A stretch of DNA of 32,000 nucleotides from Cylindrospermopsis raciborskii Cr2010 (GCF_003367075.2 NZ_CP065936.1:1950001-1982000); one strand, 5' to 3'; counted from the first letter of the stretch, positions 11,692 to 22,022 are shown. A program made the numbers and translations. Notes: generated by a model not told the origin, from the sequence alone.

Positions 11692-12213
11692 CTAAGCTTC
11701 GGTTTTTTCTATTTGATCTCTAATATCGTTCAGGTCTATATATCTATCAGTAGCATTACGTAACTCTCGGGCAATCATGCCCTCTGTCGACACAACGGTA
11801 ATATGGGTATTTTTAGAGCGTAACAGCTCAATTGCCCTTTCAAAGTCACCATCTCCACTAAATAAAACTACTCGGTCATACTGATCGACGGTATTGAACA
11901 TATCCACAACAATTTCAATATCCAAATTTGCTTTTTGTGAATAACGGCCAGAAACATCATCATAGTATTCCTTGAGGATTTTCGTGCGTACCGTATATCC
12001 CAGACTAATAAGTGCATCCCGGAAACCACGTTGGTCTTGAGGATCTTTTAAACCAGTGTACCAAAAAGCATTGATTAATGTTGTTTCAGGTTGTTCGTTC
12101 TTAAAATATTCTAACACTCGTCGCGGGTCAAAAAACCAGCCATTTTTTTGTTGAGCATAGAACATATTATTTCCGTCTACGAAAATAGACAGACGACTCA
12201 TGGGCAAAACCAT
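11692..12213 (-). CDS. NYN domain (LabA/DUF88-like) protein
   Basis: LSIFVDGNNMFYAQQK...KGVDIEIVVDMF-like segment QKANLDIEIVVDMFNTVDQYDRVVLFSGDGDFERAIELLRSKNTHITVVSTEGMIARELRNATDRYIDL. Confidence 0.9.
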   Translation of the reverse strand: MVLPMSRLSIFVDGNNMFYAQQKNGWFFDPRRVLEYFKNEQPETTLINAFWYTGLKDPQDQRGFRDALISLGYTVRTKILKEYYDDVSGRYSQKANLDIEIVVDMFNTVDQYDRVVLFSGDGDFERAIELLRSKNTHITVVSTEGMIARELRNATDRYIDLNDIRDQIEKTEA

Positions 12214-12371
12214 AGAAATTTACACCTAAATAATAAATAAGAATGTAAGTTTAAACAATAGATTATAGCAATTCTTAATTAGAGGGAAATCAGCACCGGG
12301 GATCACGGAACAGTTTGACCTGGGACAAAACAGCAACCCAGTCAGGAGAAACAACATAAAAGGGGAGTTAG

Positions 12372-15260
12372 TTAATTAGATTCCAACTCAGGAAGTCTCC
12401 CCATTTCTACTGTTCCCCGGGATCCATCAATGCGTACTTTTTGACCATCTCGTAATAAATCAGTAGCTCCATGTATATCCATGACCGCAGGAATGCCATA
12501 TTCCCTGGCCACAATTGCACCATGGGAAAGTTTGCCACCAGTTTCAGCAATCACCCCACCAGCACGAACTAAAATGGTGGCCCACCCAGAATCTGTGTAG
12601 GGTACCACTAGAATTGTCTGTTTATTAATTTCCCCTGCTTCCTGAAAATTGCGCACTATCTTCACTTTTCCTATGGCTTGTCCCCGACTGGCTGGAATTC
12701 CTACTAAAACTCGGTCAGAAACATTCACTGGTTTAGTTTTAGTCATTGGATAGGGTGGATTGTTGCCATAAACCACCGCCGGAATTTGGCTGATTTCACC
12801 ATCTTGCCCAAACTGCGATCGCCTGCTGGCTAACAATTTTACTAATTGTTCTGTCAATTGCGGATCTACATCAACAACTAAACGTCTAATCTCACCTAGG
12901 TTTAAATAGAAAATGTCTCCCGGTGCTGTTAATAGATGAGATGCTAACCAGGTCTTTTCTAAAGCCAAGAATGTCCAGCGTAATTCGGCCAGAAGTCGAG
13001 AATAAACTTCCGTAACTATTCCTTTTAAGTTGACACGATTTTGAACATTGCCCTCCTGGCGTTTTGTGGATCCCTGGTTACTGATAACTTCATGGGTTTC
13101 TAGGATCTGTATGAACATCTGCCTAAACAAGTCCGGTTGTTCCTTCCACCTAGGCACAGCAATATCAGTTGCTACTTGACTTAAATAACCATACTCTTCT
13201 AAAACCTCCTGGAATTCTTCTACAATCCCTTGACCTGAAGTGGTTTGTGCCAATTGGTCAAAAACTCTTTGAGGTTCTAAATCAGGCAATAGATCTTTTG
13301 CTGCTATGGCTAGACGTTGTAAAGAGTGCAATGATGATATTTCAGGAGCATTACTGTGATCAATTTCTTCATCTTTGACACGGAATAATTTCTGGCGGAT
13401 AGCAGCACTTAAAGGGGATAAAATACTATAGTAGGTAACCTTTTCCAATAAATCCAGAATTTGGTCCACCCTGTTCAAGAGTTGAGATGGTGATAATTCC
13501 CCCAAAGACTCATTAGCCAATTGTGTCATTCCGGGAAGAAAGAGTCGGGAGTAATCCAATTTGAACTGCTTTTCTAAAGCAATTTCCCGTTGCAATAGTT
13601 TGAGTAATCCCGGTAAGTTCTTGAAAGTCGAAGCTAGGGGGGGACGACTTATTTTCCCACCCCTGGTTAAAAACTCTAAACTTTCTGGCGGTAACCCCAT
13701 GGCCAGGAACACCTCACCCAACAAGGAAGCATTAAAGTAGGCTCTGGAGTAGTGAAGCGTAGCCATTTTAGTAAAGTCTAGACCAGAAGCACTCTCTCCT
13801 AAAACTATAGTAAATAGTTTTCCCCATACTCCACAGGTTAAAGGTAAATTAATCGACCAAGTTAGGGGACGAATCACACCGGGAATCACCTCAGCCGCTA
13901 TTTTTCTTGTCCAGATGGGCACTAGAGTAGTAATTGGTCGAGCTTGCAAGACCCACAGGGTTTGCCCATCGTAACTCCACTCTATATCCTGGGGAATGCC
14001 ATAATAATTGTCTTCTACCCTTCTGGCCAGATAGGCTACTTGTTTGATTAATGACTGAGGAATTTTTCCCTCTCCCTCAAATTGCACCGTAGATAATTTA
14101 TCTTCCCCCAACACAAACAGACGATATTGTTCGGGTGTTACCTTCCCAGAAACTACTTGCTCTGGAGTTCCTACCACAGCCTCAATTACTACTGCATCCC
14201 CCTGTTGAGAAATGGGATCACGACTAAATGCTACCCCCGAATAAACACTTTGTATCTGAGGTTGGATTAGTACAGCCATGCCCACATCCTTTACCCCTAA
14301 GTCCTGTCTATACTTTACCGCATTCTCACTATTGTAGGATCTCTTAACCTCTGCGATCGCCAGACTTAAACCTTGCTTGCTAGTAACATTTAACACTGTT
14401 GTATATTGTCCAGCTGCGGATGCCTGTTGGGAGTCCTCACCAATAGCAGAAGAGCGAACTACCAGGGGTGACAATGGAGATGGTTGGAGGAAATTAATCA
14501 ACTGGCCAGGATCGTCAAAAGGAGCTAAAACCCAACCTTTAGGTACGGAGTAACCCCGGCGCTTAACCTGTGATAATGTAGCGGATTTAGCACCAAATAC
14601 CTCCGGATCTAACACATCATCTAAGGTAATAATATTTGGTTTACTACCACTTAAATATTCCATTATTGGTTTAACTGGCAGCTGTGCTCCCTGGGGTGGT
14701 AATTCCAGGTCATCAGGGATTTGTTGATAAATCCACCCCATTAAACCAGCCAAAGTAAAGGCGGCAATAATTTTACTGAGGTCTTGACCATGGAGGAAGG
14801 CCACCAGCACAGGAAATAAAATCAGCACCCCAAATTGGATTACCTGTCTAGAACGGAGAAGGAGAAAGCCAATAGCTGCTGACAAAGTGACACATCCTGC
14901 TATTAATGGGTCATGGAGCAAAAATCCCCAGGCCACATTGGTAGTTCCTGCACCCCTGGTGAAAGTGTATCTACCTATGACTAAGGCAATGAGAGCAATT
15001 AATTCCCAGAAGGACCCTTGGGGGAAGAAGATGCGAGTAATTAACACAGCAGCAATTCCCTTCAAAGCTTCCGAGAGCACTGCTAAAACACCTACTACTC
15101 TTCCTCCGTGATAAAATGCTGCTGCCACACTAAGATTACCAGTACCCACCTGTTCTAATCGCCTACCCTGGATGATTTGGGTTATCCAAGCAATTATTGG
15201 CATTGCGCCCAAGAGTGGACAAGTAATTAAAATAACTAATAAACCCCAAAGCTGAGACAT
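12372..15260 (-). CDS. Fusion: N-terminal PlsY-like membrane domain plus PEP synthase-like (PEP/pyruvate-binding and PEP-utilising mobile) domains
   Basis: N-terminal hydrophobic region with VGTGNLSVAAAFYHGG. Then SATLSQVKRRGYSVPKGWVL...VRSSAIGEDSQQASAAGQYTTVLNV and a C-terminal phosphohistidine-type segment GGVIAETGGKLSHGAIVAREYGIPAVM. Confidence 0.9.
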   Translation of the reverse strand: MSQLWGLLVILITCPLLGAMPIIAWITQIIQGRRLEQVGTGNLSVAAAFYHGGRVVGVLAVLSEALKGIAAVLITRIFFPQGSFWELIALIALVIGRYTFTRGAGTTNVAWGFLLHDPLIAGCVTLSAAIGFLLLRSRQVIQFGVLILFPVLVAFLHGQDLSKIIAAFTLAGLMGWIYQQIPDDLELPPQGAQLPVKPIMEYLSGSKPNIITLDDVLDPEVFGAKSATLSQVKRRGYSVPKGWVLAPFDDPGQLINFLQPSPLSPLVVRSSAIGEDSQQASAAGQYTTVLNVTSKQGLSLAIAEVKRSYNSENAVKYRQDLGVKDVGMAVLIQPQIQSVYSGVAFSRDPISQQGDAVVIEAVVGTPEQVVSGKVTPEQYRLFVLGEDKLSTVQFEGEGKIPQSLIKQVAYLARRVEDNYYGIPQDIEWSYDGQTLWVLQARPITTLVPIWTRKIAAEVIPGVIRPLTWSINLPLTCGVWGKLFTIVLGESASGLDFTKMATLHYSRAYFNASLLGEVFLAMGLPPESLEFLTRGGKISRPPLASTFKNLPGLLKLLQREIALEKQFKLDYSRLFLPGMTQLANESLGELSPSQLLNRVDQILDLLEKVTYYSILSPLSAAIRQKLFRVKDEEIDHSNAPEISSLHSLQRLAIAAKDLLPDLEPQRVFDQLAQTTSGQGIVEEFQEVLEEYGYLSQVATDIAVPRWKEQPDLFRQMFIQILETHEVISNQGSTKRQEGNVQNRVNLKGIVTEVYSRLLAELRWTFLALEKTWLASHLLTAPGDIFYLNLGEIRRLVVDVDPQLTEQLVKLLASRRSQFGQDGEISQIPAVVYGNNPPYPMTKTKPVNVSDRVLVGIPASRGQAIGKVKIVRNFQEAGEINKQTILVVPYTDSGWATILVRAGGVIAETGGKLSHGAIVAREYGIPAVMDIHGATDLLRDGQKVRIDGSRGTVEMGRLPELESN

Positions 15261-15509
15261 TATATAAATATTTATTGTTGTGTGTAATGTATTCTTACTT
15301 GAAAACTAGGTTAGGTTTTGGCAAGGTAAGTTCTTGTAGACTAATGTAATAATTATAGTAGTATGACAACTGAAATTATCCACTCCAAAATCTCAAATAT
15401 GATTATTTAATAGGATCAATGGGAATTTTCCATAAAACCGATGTTTTTCTCATAGGACTTATCATAGCACTTAGATTACAATCTTACCTGATAAGTCCAG
15501 CAACACATT

Positions 15510-15530
15510 TGGGAGTACCTGTAGCTCCCA
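15510..15530 (-). terminator. Candidate hairpin downstream of the small TM protein gene
   Basis: TGGGAG-TAC-CT-GTA-G-CTCCCA: 6-bp outer stem plus 3-bp inner stem. No clear T-tract. Confidence 0.35.
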
Positions 15531-15587
15531 CCATCCGTGCCTAAAAAGTATGGGAAAGCTACAGGCTTAATCGAAATCTTAATAGAC

Positions 15588-15728
15588 TTAGCCTAATGCG
15601 TATGCTGATCTCAAAGCCCAGATAATGAGTATTGCTATAGAACCTAATACCAATACAGTAGATACCATTACTAGCTTGGGAGAGTCCGCACCCTCAAACT
15701 TCATAATTCCGCGATTCAAGTCGGACAT
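15588..15728 (-). CDS. Small single-TM protein MSDLNRGIMKFEGADSPKLVMVSTVLVLGSIAILIIWALRSAYALG; possibly a small photosystem-associated protein (Psb35/Ssl2148-like, uncertain)
   Basis: 46-aa ORF inside the 91-aa track ORF. The N-terminal 45 aa of the longer ORF looks non-conserved, and the internal ATG gives a compact single-TM protein. The family link is from memory. Confidence 0.6.
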   Translation of the reverse strand: MSDLNRGIMKFEGADSPKLVMVSTVLVLGSIAILIIWALRSAYALG

Positions 15729-16018
15729 ACTTTTATGGCCCTCCTTTATTAGAGTTAGAGTCTGTCCGAATCGATTGTAATCCTTCCTTTGACTAATTGG
15801 GGTTAACTTTAGGTTATTTTTATTAAAGTGGTCAATAAAATGTCCGCGAATGCGGACATACATCAGGGCTTGTTGTTACTTTTGTTGGCTACAATCATGG
15901 ATGGAACATGATGCTTTTATGTTTGACGATTATGAGGAAAAAATCAAGGGTTTGGCAGCATTTAATTAGACATAATTACAGTAATTATGAGAATTGTGTA
16001 ACCTAAGAAATACTTAAA

Positions 16019-17770
16019 CTATACTGAGTAGCGCCTTGATGTGTAAACCCAGATTTTCTCCAGGGGAGACTCTATTTTTTTAGTATGGGAAGAGCCAACA
16101 ATAATTAAAGTTCGCATATCCGCATCCGTAGGTTCTAAGTCTTGTAAACTTATGACTTTTAAAATTTCTCCTGGTCTACCAATATTACGTCCTAATATTA
16201 CAGGAGTATGGGGTTTCCTATATTTTAATAATATATCCCTAGCTGCTGTCAATTGCCAAGTTCTGGTTTGGGAAATTGGATTATAAAATGCGATGACAAA
16301 ATCCCCCTGAGCAGCATTAGTAATTCGCCTAGCTATGATTTCCCAAGGCTTTAAAATATCCGAGAGAGAAATTACACAAAAATCATGACCTAGGGGGGCG
16401 CCAACCGCAGCAGCAGTGGCCTGCATAGCAGAAATACCTGGAGCAACTTGAATATCAATTGTTTGCCATTCTGGTTGGTCATATTGGCTCAGCACATCAA
16501 AAACTGCTGTAGCCATGGCATAAATACCTGGATCTCCTGAAGAAACCACTGCCACATATCGTCCTTGAGCTGCTAAATCTAGGGCTTTTTTGGCGCGGGA
16601 TTCTTCTTCTCGGTTGTCTGATTCATGTATGTTTTTACCATCAGCTAAGGAACCAATGAGATTGATATAAGTTTTATAGCCTACTAAATCAGTAGCATTG
16701 TGGAGAATTTCCTGCACTTGGGGGGACATCCATTGTATTCCCCCAGGACCTGTACCGATGATGGCCAGTTTTCCTCTTGGTTGTCCAATAGTTTCTGGGG
16801 AAATAATTTCGTGAGCAATGCTGAGGGTAATTGGAGAAAATGGTGAATGAAAGTATGTATGATAGGCATTATTTATGATCATACTAGCACCAACCACCGC
16901 CTCATGAAAACTGCATCCTTTATCAGTTAGTTCCCGGATCTGATTTGTGTTCAGAAATCTCACCGGTAAGGAAAAAGTTTCACTAATATCCTGCAAAATA
17001 GAGTTATTAGCTAAAGTAAGAGGAGCAATTATCACTGCTAATGCGTGAGGGGAAATTTCTGATTTTGCCAATAATTCATGAATGTGGTTGAGTGTTTGTG
17101 AATGAAGCGCTGATAAAACAACTGCCACTGTTTGGGGATGATAAACTAAACAATTAGATGGGGGAATTAGGTTTTTTTCCGTAACTTGAATAGTTAATTC
17201 TCCCCTGTCATCAATGGGCAAATTACTCCCACTCAACCAAGGAGCTATACCCTGTAATTTAACTTTTGCTCCTGCTAATAAATCAGCTATAAATTTTTTT
17301 CCGTTGTCTGGATTAACTAAATAATAACCCCTGGGTGGAGATAATAAAGCGGTGCGAAATCTTAAATCTCCCGTAGTTGTAATGGCAGGTTTTATATTTA
17401 AACCGGCTCCTATTTGCCGTGCTAACTCATTTACTCCAGTTAGTCCACCCAAGAGAGGAACAACAGCACTACCATCTTCTGCTACAGCTAATAGAGGTGG
17501 TTCTTGATTTTTATTAGTAATTAATGGTGCGAGTGTTCTAATTAAAATACCAGCAGCACATATACCAATTATGGGGGTTCCCGTCACAAATAATTGTCCC
17601 AGGGTATGTCCAAAATCAGTAAAGCTCACATCCACATCACAGGTACGATTGGCTAAACCATATATTTTGGCACCCGGTATAACACCAACAATTTGTTTTG
17701 CCACTATGAGACTATTCTGACTGAGAATTATAACCACCGGTTTTGTTTTGTTTTTTTCCAATCCATTCAT
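16019..17770 (-). CDS. cobJ: CbiG-like domain fused to precorrin-3B C17-methyltransferase (CobJ)
   Basis: N-terminal CbiG-type VIILSQNSLIVAKQIVGVIPGAKIYGL...ICAAGILIRTLAPLI...AVVPLLGG. C-terminal methyltransferase GKLAIIGTGPGGIQWMSPQVQEIL...GYKTYINLI...VSSGDPGIYAMATAVFDVL...APLGHDFCVISLSDILKPWE. Confidence 0.93.
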   Translation of the reverse strand: MNGLEKNKTKPVVIILSQNSLIVAKQIVGVIPGAKIYGLANRTCDVDVSFTDFGHTLGQLFVTGTPIIGICAAGILIRTLAPLITNKNQEPPLLAVAEDGSAVVPLLGGLTGVNELARQIGAGLNIKPAITTTGDLRFRTALLSPPRGYYLVNPDNGKKFIADLLAGAKVKLQGIAPWLSGSNLPIDDRGELTIQVTEKNLIPPSNCLVYHPQTVAVVLSALHSQTLNHIHELLAKSEISPHALAVIIAPLTLANNSILQDISETFSLPVRFLNTNQIRELTDKGCSFHEAVVGASMIINNAYHTYFHSPFSPITLSIAHEIISPETIGQPRGKLAIIGTGPGGIQWMSPQVQEILHNATDLVGYKTYINLIGSLADGKNIHESDNREEESRAKKALDLAAQGRYVAVVSSGDPGIYAMATAVFDVLSQYDQPEWQTIDIQVAPGISAMQATAAAVGAPLGHDFCVISLSDILKPWEIIARRITNAAQGDFVIAFYNPISQTRTWQLTAARDILLKYRKPHTPVILGRNIGRPGEILKVISLQDLEPTDADMRTLIIVGSSHTKKIESPLEKIWVYTSRRYSV

Positions 17771-17839
17771 AATATTATTGTCACGATTTAATTTGCTGTA
17801 GTTATACTAAATTAGATTTAATCATGTTAAATCTGTAAC

Positions 17840-18559
17840 CTACAGTCTTTGTTTAGTAGGTATGACAATCATGGAAAAATAAGGTACTTCTTCAGGGTCT
17901 ACCTCATCCAGTGGCACAATTCTCTGTTGTGTAGTAGTTGCGCGTTCAATATACTTTGCTCGGGAACTTAGTCCTAATTGATGCAGCACATCCCGGATTT
18001 TGACAAAATGACGACCGATCTTCATAATAGCAACAGCATCAGCGGAAAGAAGTTGACTAATTAACATTTCTCTAGGCAGCGTACCCGGTAAAACCTTCAA
18101 AATATCATTATAATAAGTAAAAGGTACACCCAAAGAAATCGGACAAGCCATTAAAGAAGAAATCCCGGGCACCACCTCCGTCTGATACTTATCTGAAAGT
18201 CGAGTAAATATATACATAAAAGATCCATAAAAAAACGGATCTCCTTCGCATAATACCACCACATCCCGACCAGCTGCCAAATGTGACCCAATAGGTTCAA
18301 CCTCGCGATCATAGATATCTTTAGCCTTTTCCGGTTCCAGAGCGCGGGGAAGATGATATAAAACCTCTATTTGATTCCCAGGTAAGTAGGGAGAGACAAT
18401 TTTTCTAGCAATACTTTCTCGATCTATAGCTGACTGATAGGCAATAACAGAAGCAGAACGTATTAAACGCAATGCTTTTAATGTTAACAGTTCCGGATCT
18501 CCAGGACCAACACCTACTCCATACAAACGACCTTTTAAATTCATGTTTCTTCCTCGCAT
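17840..18559 (-). CDS. cobI: Precorrin-2 C20-methyltransferase (start probably at MNLKGRLYG)
   Basis: GRLYGVGVGPGDPELLTLKALRLIRSASVIAY...VVLCEGDPFFYGSFMYIFTRL...VVPGISSLMACPISLGVPF. Confidence 0.93.
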   Translation of the reverse strand: MRGRNMNLKGRLYGVGVGPGDPELLTLKALRLIRSASVIAYQSAIDRESIARKIVSPYLPGNQIEVLYHLPRALEPEKAKDIYDREVEPIGSHLAAGRDVVVLCEGDPFFYGSFMYIFTRLSDKYQTEVVPGISSLMACPISLGVPFTYYNDILKVLPGTLPREMLISQLLSADAVAIMKIGRHFVKIRDVLHQLGLSSRAKYIERATTTQQRIVPLDEVDPEEVPYFSMIVIPTKQRL

Positions 18560-19170
18560 GCTAGCGCATTAATAGCAGAAGCGGCGATCGCACTTCCACC
18601 CCGTCTACCATGTAAAGTTAAAAATGGCACACCACGACTGTTCTCCGCCAGGGCGGCCTTAGATTCAGCAGCGCCCACAAAACCCACAGGAAAGCCTAGA
18701 ATCAGAGCTGGACGTGGCACTCCTTCATCCAACATTTCTAGCAATCTAAATAATGCCGTAGGAGCATTACCAATAGCCACAACCGCACCATCAAGATGAA
18801 ATCGCCATAGTTCCAGAGCTGCTGCTGAACGGGTATTGCCTAACCGTTTAGCTATTGTGGGCACTTCTGGATCATTCAAAGAACAAATAATAGCATTCGT
18901 AGTAGGTAATCTTTTTTTAGTGATTCCCTGTGCAACCATCTGACAATCACATAAAATGGGTGCACCCGCAGCCAAAGCGTTTTTGCCTAAATTTACAGCA
19001 TCTAGTGAGTATGCTAAGTCTTTTACTATATCCGTCATGCCACAGGCATGAATTAAACGCACAGCTATCTTTGCTACATCCTCCGGGAGACTATCTAATT
19101 GTGCTTCCGAGCGGATAATGTCAAAAGATTTTTTGTATATTTCTCCAGCATCTCGTATATAATTATACAT
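18541..19170 (-). CDS. cobH: Precorrin-8X methylmutase
   Basis: RLIHACGMTDIVKDLAYS...GAPILCDCQMVAQGITKKRLP...ALILGFPVGFVGAAESKAALAENSRGVPFLTLHGRRGGSAIAASAINALA. Overlaps cobI by 19 bp. Confidence 0.95.
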   Translation of the reverse strand: MYNYIRDAGEIYKKSFDIIRSEAQLDSLPEDVAKIAVRLIHACGMTDIVKDLAYSLDAVNLGKNALAAGAPILCDCQMVAQGITKKRLPTTNAIICSLNDPEVPTIAKRLGNTRSAAALELWRFHLDGAVVAIGNAPTALFRLLEMLDEGVPRPALILGFPVGFVGAAESKAALAENSRGVPFLTLHGRRGGSAIAASAINALACEEET

Positions 19171-19201
19171 AAACTACACATAAAATAGAAAAATTGCAAG
19201 A

Positions 19202-20962
19202 CTAAAAACACTCAACTGAGAGTTGAGTGAAAAACTCCTTGAGTTGAGATATATCATAACGATTGGCAAACTCGGTAAAGGACTCTTGAGGACTCAGACG
19301 ATTAAGTATATATACTTTGAATATATTTTCCATGAGTTGAGGTAATTGGGCAAAGGGGAAATTTTCATAAATTGGGCGGTGAATATTATTACCAATATAC
19401 ACTTGATATGCTGGGACAGATTGATTTTCTTGCTCAATGTTGACCCCAAGCAATGTAATATCACTTTCAGTGTGTTGGGCGCAAGACTTAGGACAGCCAG
19501 TGAAATGAATATTAATATGGGAATCTAGATTTATATAGGTTTGTAAATATTCGCTTAATATCAAAGCATGGGTTTTTGTGTCCGTAGCAGAAGAGGAGCA
19601 ACCACTGCTTCCGGAACAGGAGACCAACCCACTTTTTATGTTTGTAGGTGAGTAGTCAAGTTGCAAATCATGAATTTCCGAAGTTACCCAAGAAAGGTGT
19701 TGTTGAGGAATATTAGTGAGCAGTAAATTTTGCCAAGGGGTTAGTCTCAGTTCACCGGAGCCATATTGGGTTGCCATATTAGCCAATCGGCGAACTTGCC
19801 AAGTTTGTAATCGCCCCAGAGGTAAAACCAGACCAATATAAAACATTCCTGATTGTTTTTGGGGATGAATACCCAAATGGAAAACCTGGTCATGTTTTTG
19901 AGGGTTAAATTTGTGGTTAGGCAAAAGATTTGGAGAAGGAGCATGGGAGACTTGAAATTCCAGATCCCTTATCTTTTCTAAATCAAGTAACCTATTTTTA
20001 TGTAAAAGTACCAACATTTTATGTAAGAAACATTGCCATCCCACATTATTAATTACCTCTCGTAATCGGGGTTTGCGTTTAGCAAAGCATTCTTTAGAGA
20101 GCAAAGTGTATTCCAGATAGACTTGTGCCACAGATCCCAACACGGGTATACATTGTTCAGGAGTCAACCAAAGAGAGAAATTTGGGGAAAAATTTTCCTT
20201 TCCAGTGGCACAAAAATAAAAAATGGGATATATTGGTTTATGTCCCCATTTCCCCGTAGGAAAGAACTTAGGTTCTTTCCTACCCCCCTCAACAAGTAAA
20301 GAGATAGCATCCAGAGCAGTAAGAGATATGTCATTGGGAAAACTGGCGATAGATACTTTACCACCACCATCAAAACCCACACTAAACTTAGCTGAAAGCT
20401 CCCCTAGTTGGGGTTGATTATTAATATATTGCTCCCAATCTTGAATGAGCGGGCGAACATCTATTAACTCTCCTGGGTCTATACCAGCAGTAGGGCTAGT
20501 CATGATATTGCGGAGATGGTCTATAGCGGGATTAACAGCAGCCATACCAGAAGTTTGTAGGGTGTGCAGGTCATCCGTACTTATTTCCCGCTGAATTTCT
20601 CGGATTTGTAAGTTAGCGCGATTAGTAATATCAACATAACCACCCCCATAATCGTCAGCCATATTAGCGATCAGATGAAATTGTTGGCTATTTAAAATGC
20701 CACCAGGGGTGCGGATGCGACAGAGAATGCCATCTTGGGCAAAAGTGTTATAAAATAGACCGGGACAAGCTGTAAATGGACTTAACAAAACAAATCTCCG
20801 TGCGACGCGGGGACAGGATAGGTGGAGGTTCTTAGAAGTGGCATTCTGACTTGTGCAATTTTTAGATTTTAGACCTTGAGACCAAATAGGTAAGGGGCTT
20901 AAAATCGTTGATTGCTGAACAGCTGCGGCACAGTCCCGGAATTTCACCGGAGTTTCCCACAT
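19202..20962 (-). CDS. cobG: Precorrin-3B synthase (nitrite/sulfite reductase-like)
   Basis: ACPGLFYNTFAQDGILCRIRTPGGILNSQQFHLIA...GYVDITNRANLQIREI...CPKSCAQHTESDITLLG, in a cobH-I-J context. Confidence 0.88.
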   Translation of the reverse strand: MWETPVKFRDCAAAVQQSTILSPLPIWSQGLKSKNCTSQNATSKNLHLSCPRVARRFVLLSPFTACPGLFYNTFAQDGILCRIRTPGGILNSQQFHLIANMADDYGGGYVDITNRANLQIREIQREISTDDLHTLQTSGMAAVNPAIDHLRNIMTSPTAGIDPGELIDVRPLIQDWEQYINNQPQLGELSAKFSVGFDGGGKVSIASFPNDISLTALDAISLLVEGGRKEPKFFPTGKWGHKPIYPIFYFCATGKENFSPNFSLWLTPEQCIPVLGSVAQVYLEYTLLSKECFAKRKPRLREVINNVGWQCFLHKMLVLLHKNRLLDLEKIRDLEFQVSHAPSPNLLPNHKFNPQKHDQVFHLGIHPQKQSGMFYIGLVLPLGRLQTWQVRRLANMATQYGSGELRLTPWQNLLLTNIPQQHLSWVTSEIHDLQLDYSPTNIKSGLVSCSGSSGCSSSATDTKTHALILSEYLQTYINLDSHINIHFTGCPKSCAQHTESDITLLGVNIEQENQSVPAYQVYIGNNIHRPIYENFPFAQLPQLMENIFKVYILNRLSPQESFTEFANRYDISQLKEFFTQLSVECF

Positions 20963-21032
20963 CTAAGAACTTGTGCGAATTAGCAATTCAAAACTTCAGG
21001 AATTAGTTTTATTGCGATACTTTTTTGCTAAC

Positions 21033-21086
21033 TAAGTAGGGAGGCACAATTATTTGTTAGGATGAGTTAGCGGTAGGGTAACCCAT
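21033..21086 (+). repeat. Dispersed intergenic repeat, copy 2 (inverted relative to copy 1)
   Basis: TAAGTAGGGAGGCACAATTATTTGTTAGGATGAGTTAGCGGTAGGGTAACCCAT against the reverse complement of 7332-7384. Confidence 0.85.
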
Positions 21087-21275
21087 ACTGATTAACTAGC
21101 TGATTGCCATTGTAACACAATTATTTTATTTTTTCAAGACTTTCTACGATTTTGCGGAAATGCTATATCTCCCCTTACGAATAGCCACAGCTAGGAAAAA
21201 AATATGCCTCGCCAAATACCCTGAGTTATAGTATAATCATACCCAAATGTACATACCTTAACAACAATTACATCC

Positions 21276-22022
21276 GTGGGAGTAGTATATATAGGCGATC
21301 GCGCAACGGGTAAGACACACTTAGCCCTAGAATTAACCAATCCGAGACATGAACATGTGAAAGTTACCAGTCCAGACTATGACCAACTTAAGTTATTATT
21401 ACTAGATGAAAACTCCATGTCTAAACCTACGGACACACTAAAGCCCTATCAAAGGTATTTAGAAATGAATGTTCAACTGCCATCTGGCAATAAAAGGGTT
21501 GAATTAGACTGGATTGACACCGGAGGGGAAGTATGGCGGGGAAATTGGCAAAGGGATAATTCTGACAAATGGAAAGACTACTTAGAACCCATTCGTCAGA
21601 GTGAGGGGATATTACTCATTCTTCCACCCCATAGGGGAATGACCTTTCAACCTGGTGTAGACACCCAAGAATTTCCCACAGAGCAACAATGGTGTAATCG
21701 TTTTGAAACCTGGGTGACATTTTTCTGCGACCAGTGTCCCCAAATTAGACATTTAGCCATTTGTCTCAACAAAGCCGACTTATTTTGTGATCTATCCCAA
21801 GAGGGAAAGAAACTGGCCTATAGACCTTATAATAGTCCCTGTAATTGGCAACAAAGACATGAACACGTACTAAAAAAATATTTTCGTCCCGTGTATTCCC
21901 AAATCCGGAGATTAGGTGAAGGTATGAGCAGTCCATCCGTAAAATGTTTTATCACATCAATTTACCATCGAAGCTTATTAGAACTACCTTGGATTTACTT
22001 AGGCAGTTTTTTAGGTAAATAA
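21276..22022 (+). CDS. P-loop GTPase-like protein, component 1 of the cassette (GTG start)
   Basis: G1/Walker A GDRATGKT at the extreme N-terminus, G3-like WIDTGGEVW, G4-like CLNKADLF. Confidence 0.8.
   Translation: MGVVYIGDRATGKTHLALELTNPRHEHVKVTSPDYDQLKLLLLDENSMSKPTDTLKPYQRYLEMNVQLPSGNKRVELDWIDTGGEVWRGNWQRDNSDKWKDYLEPIRQSEGILLILPPHRGMTFQPGVDTQEFPTEQQWCNRFETWVTFFCDQCPQIRHLAICLNKADLFCDLSQEGKKLAYRPYNSPCNWQQRHEHVLKKYFRPVYSQIRRLGEGMSSPSVKCFITSIYHRSLLELPWIYLGSFLGK

Noticed and set aside
16019-17770. CbiG-CobJ fusion as a novel architecture
   Set aside because: Fusions of these two corrinoid enzymes are known in cyanobacteria, so it is listed as a feature but not promoted as novel.
20963-21240. 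Cobalamin riboswitch upstream of cobG
   Set aside because: I looked for a B12-box-like element upstream of the corrinoid block and did not recognise one. Only the dispersed repeat is evident. A covariance model search (Infernal, Rfam Cobalamin) would be needed to exclude it.
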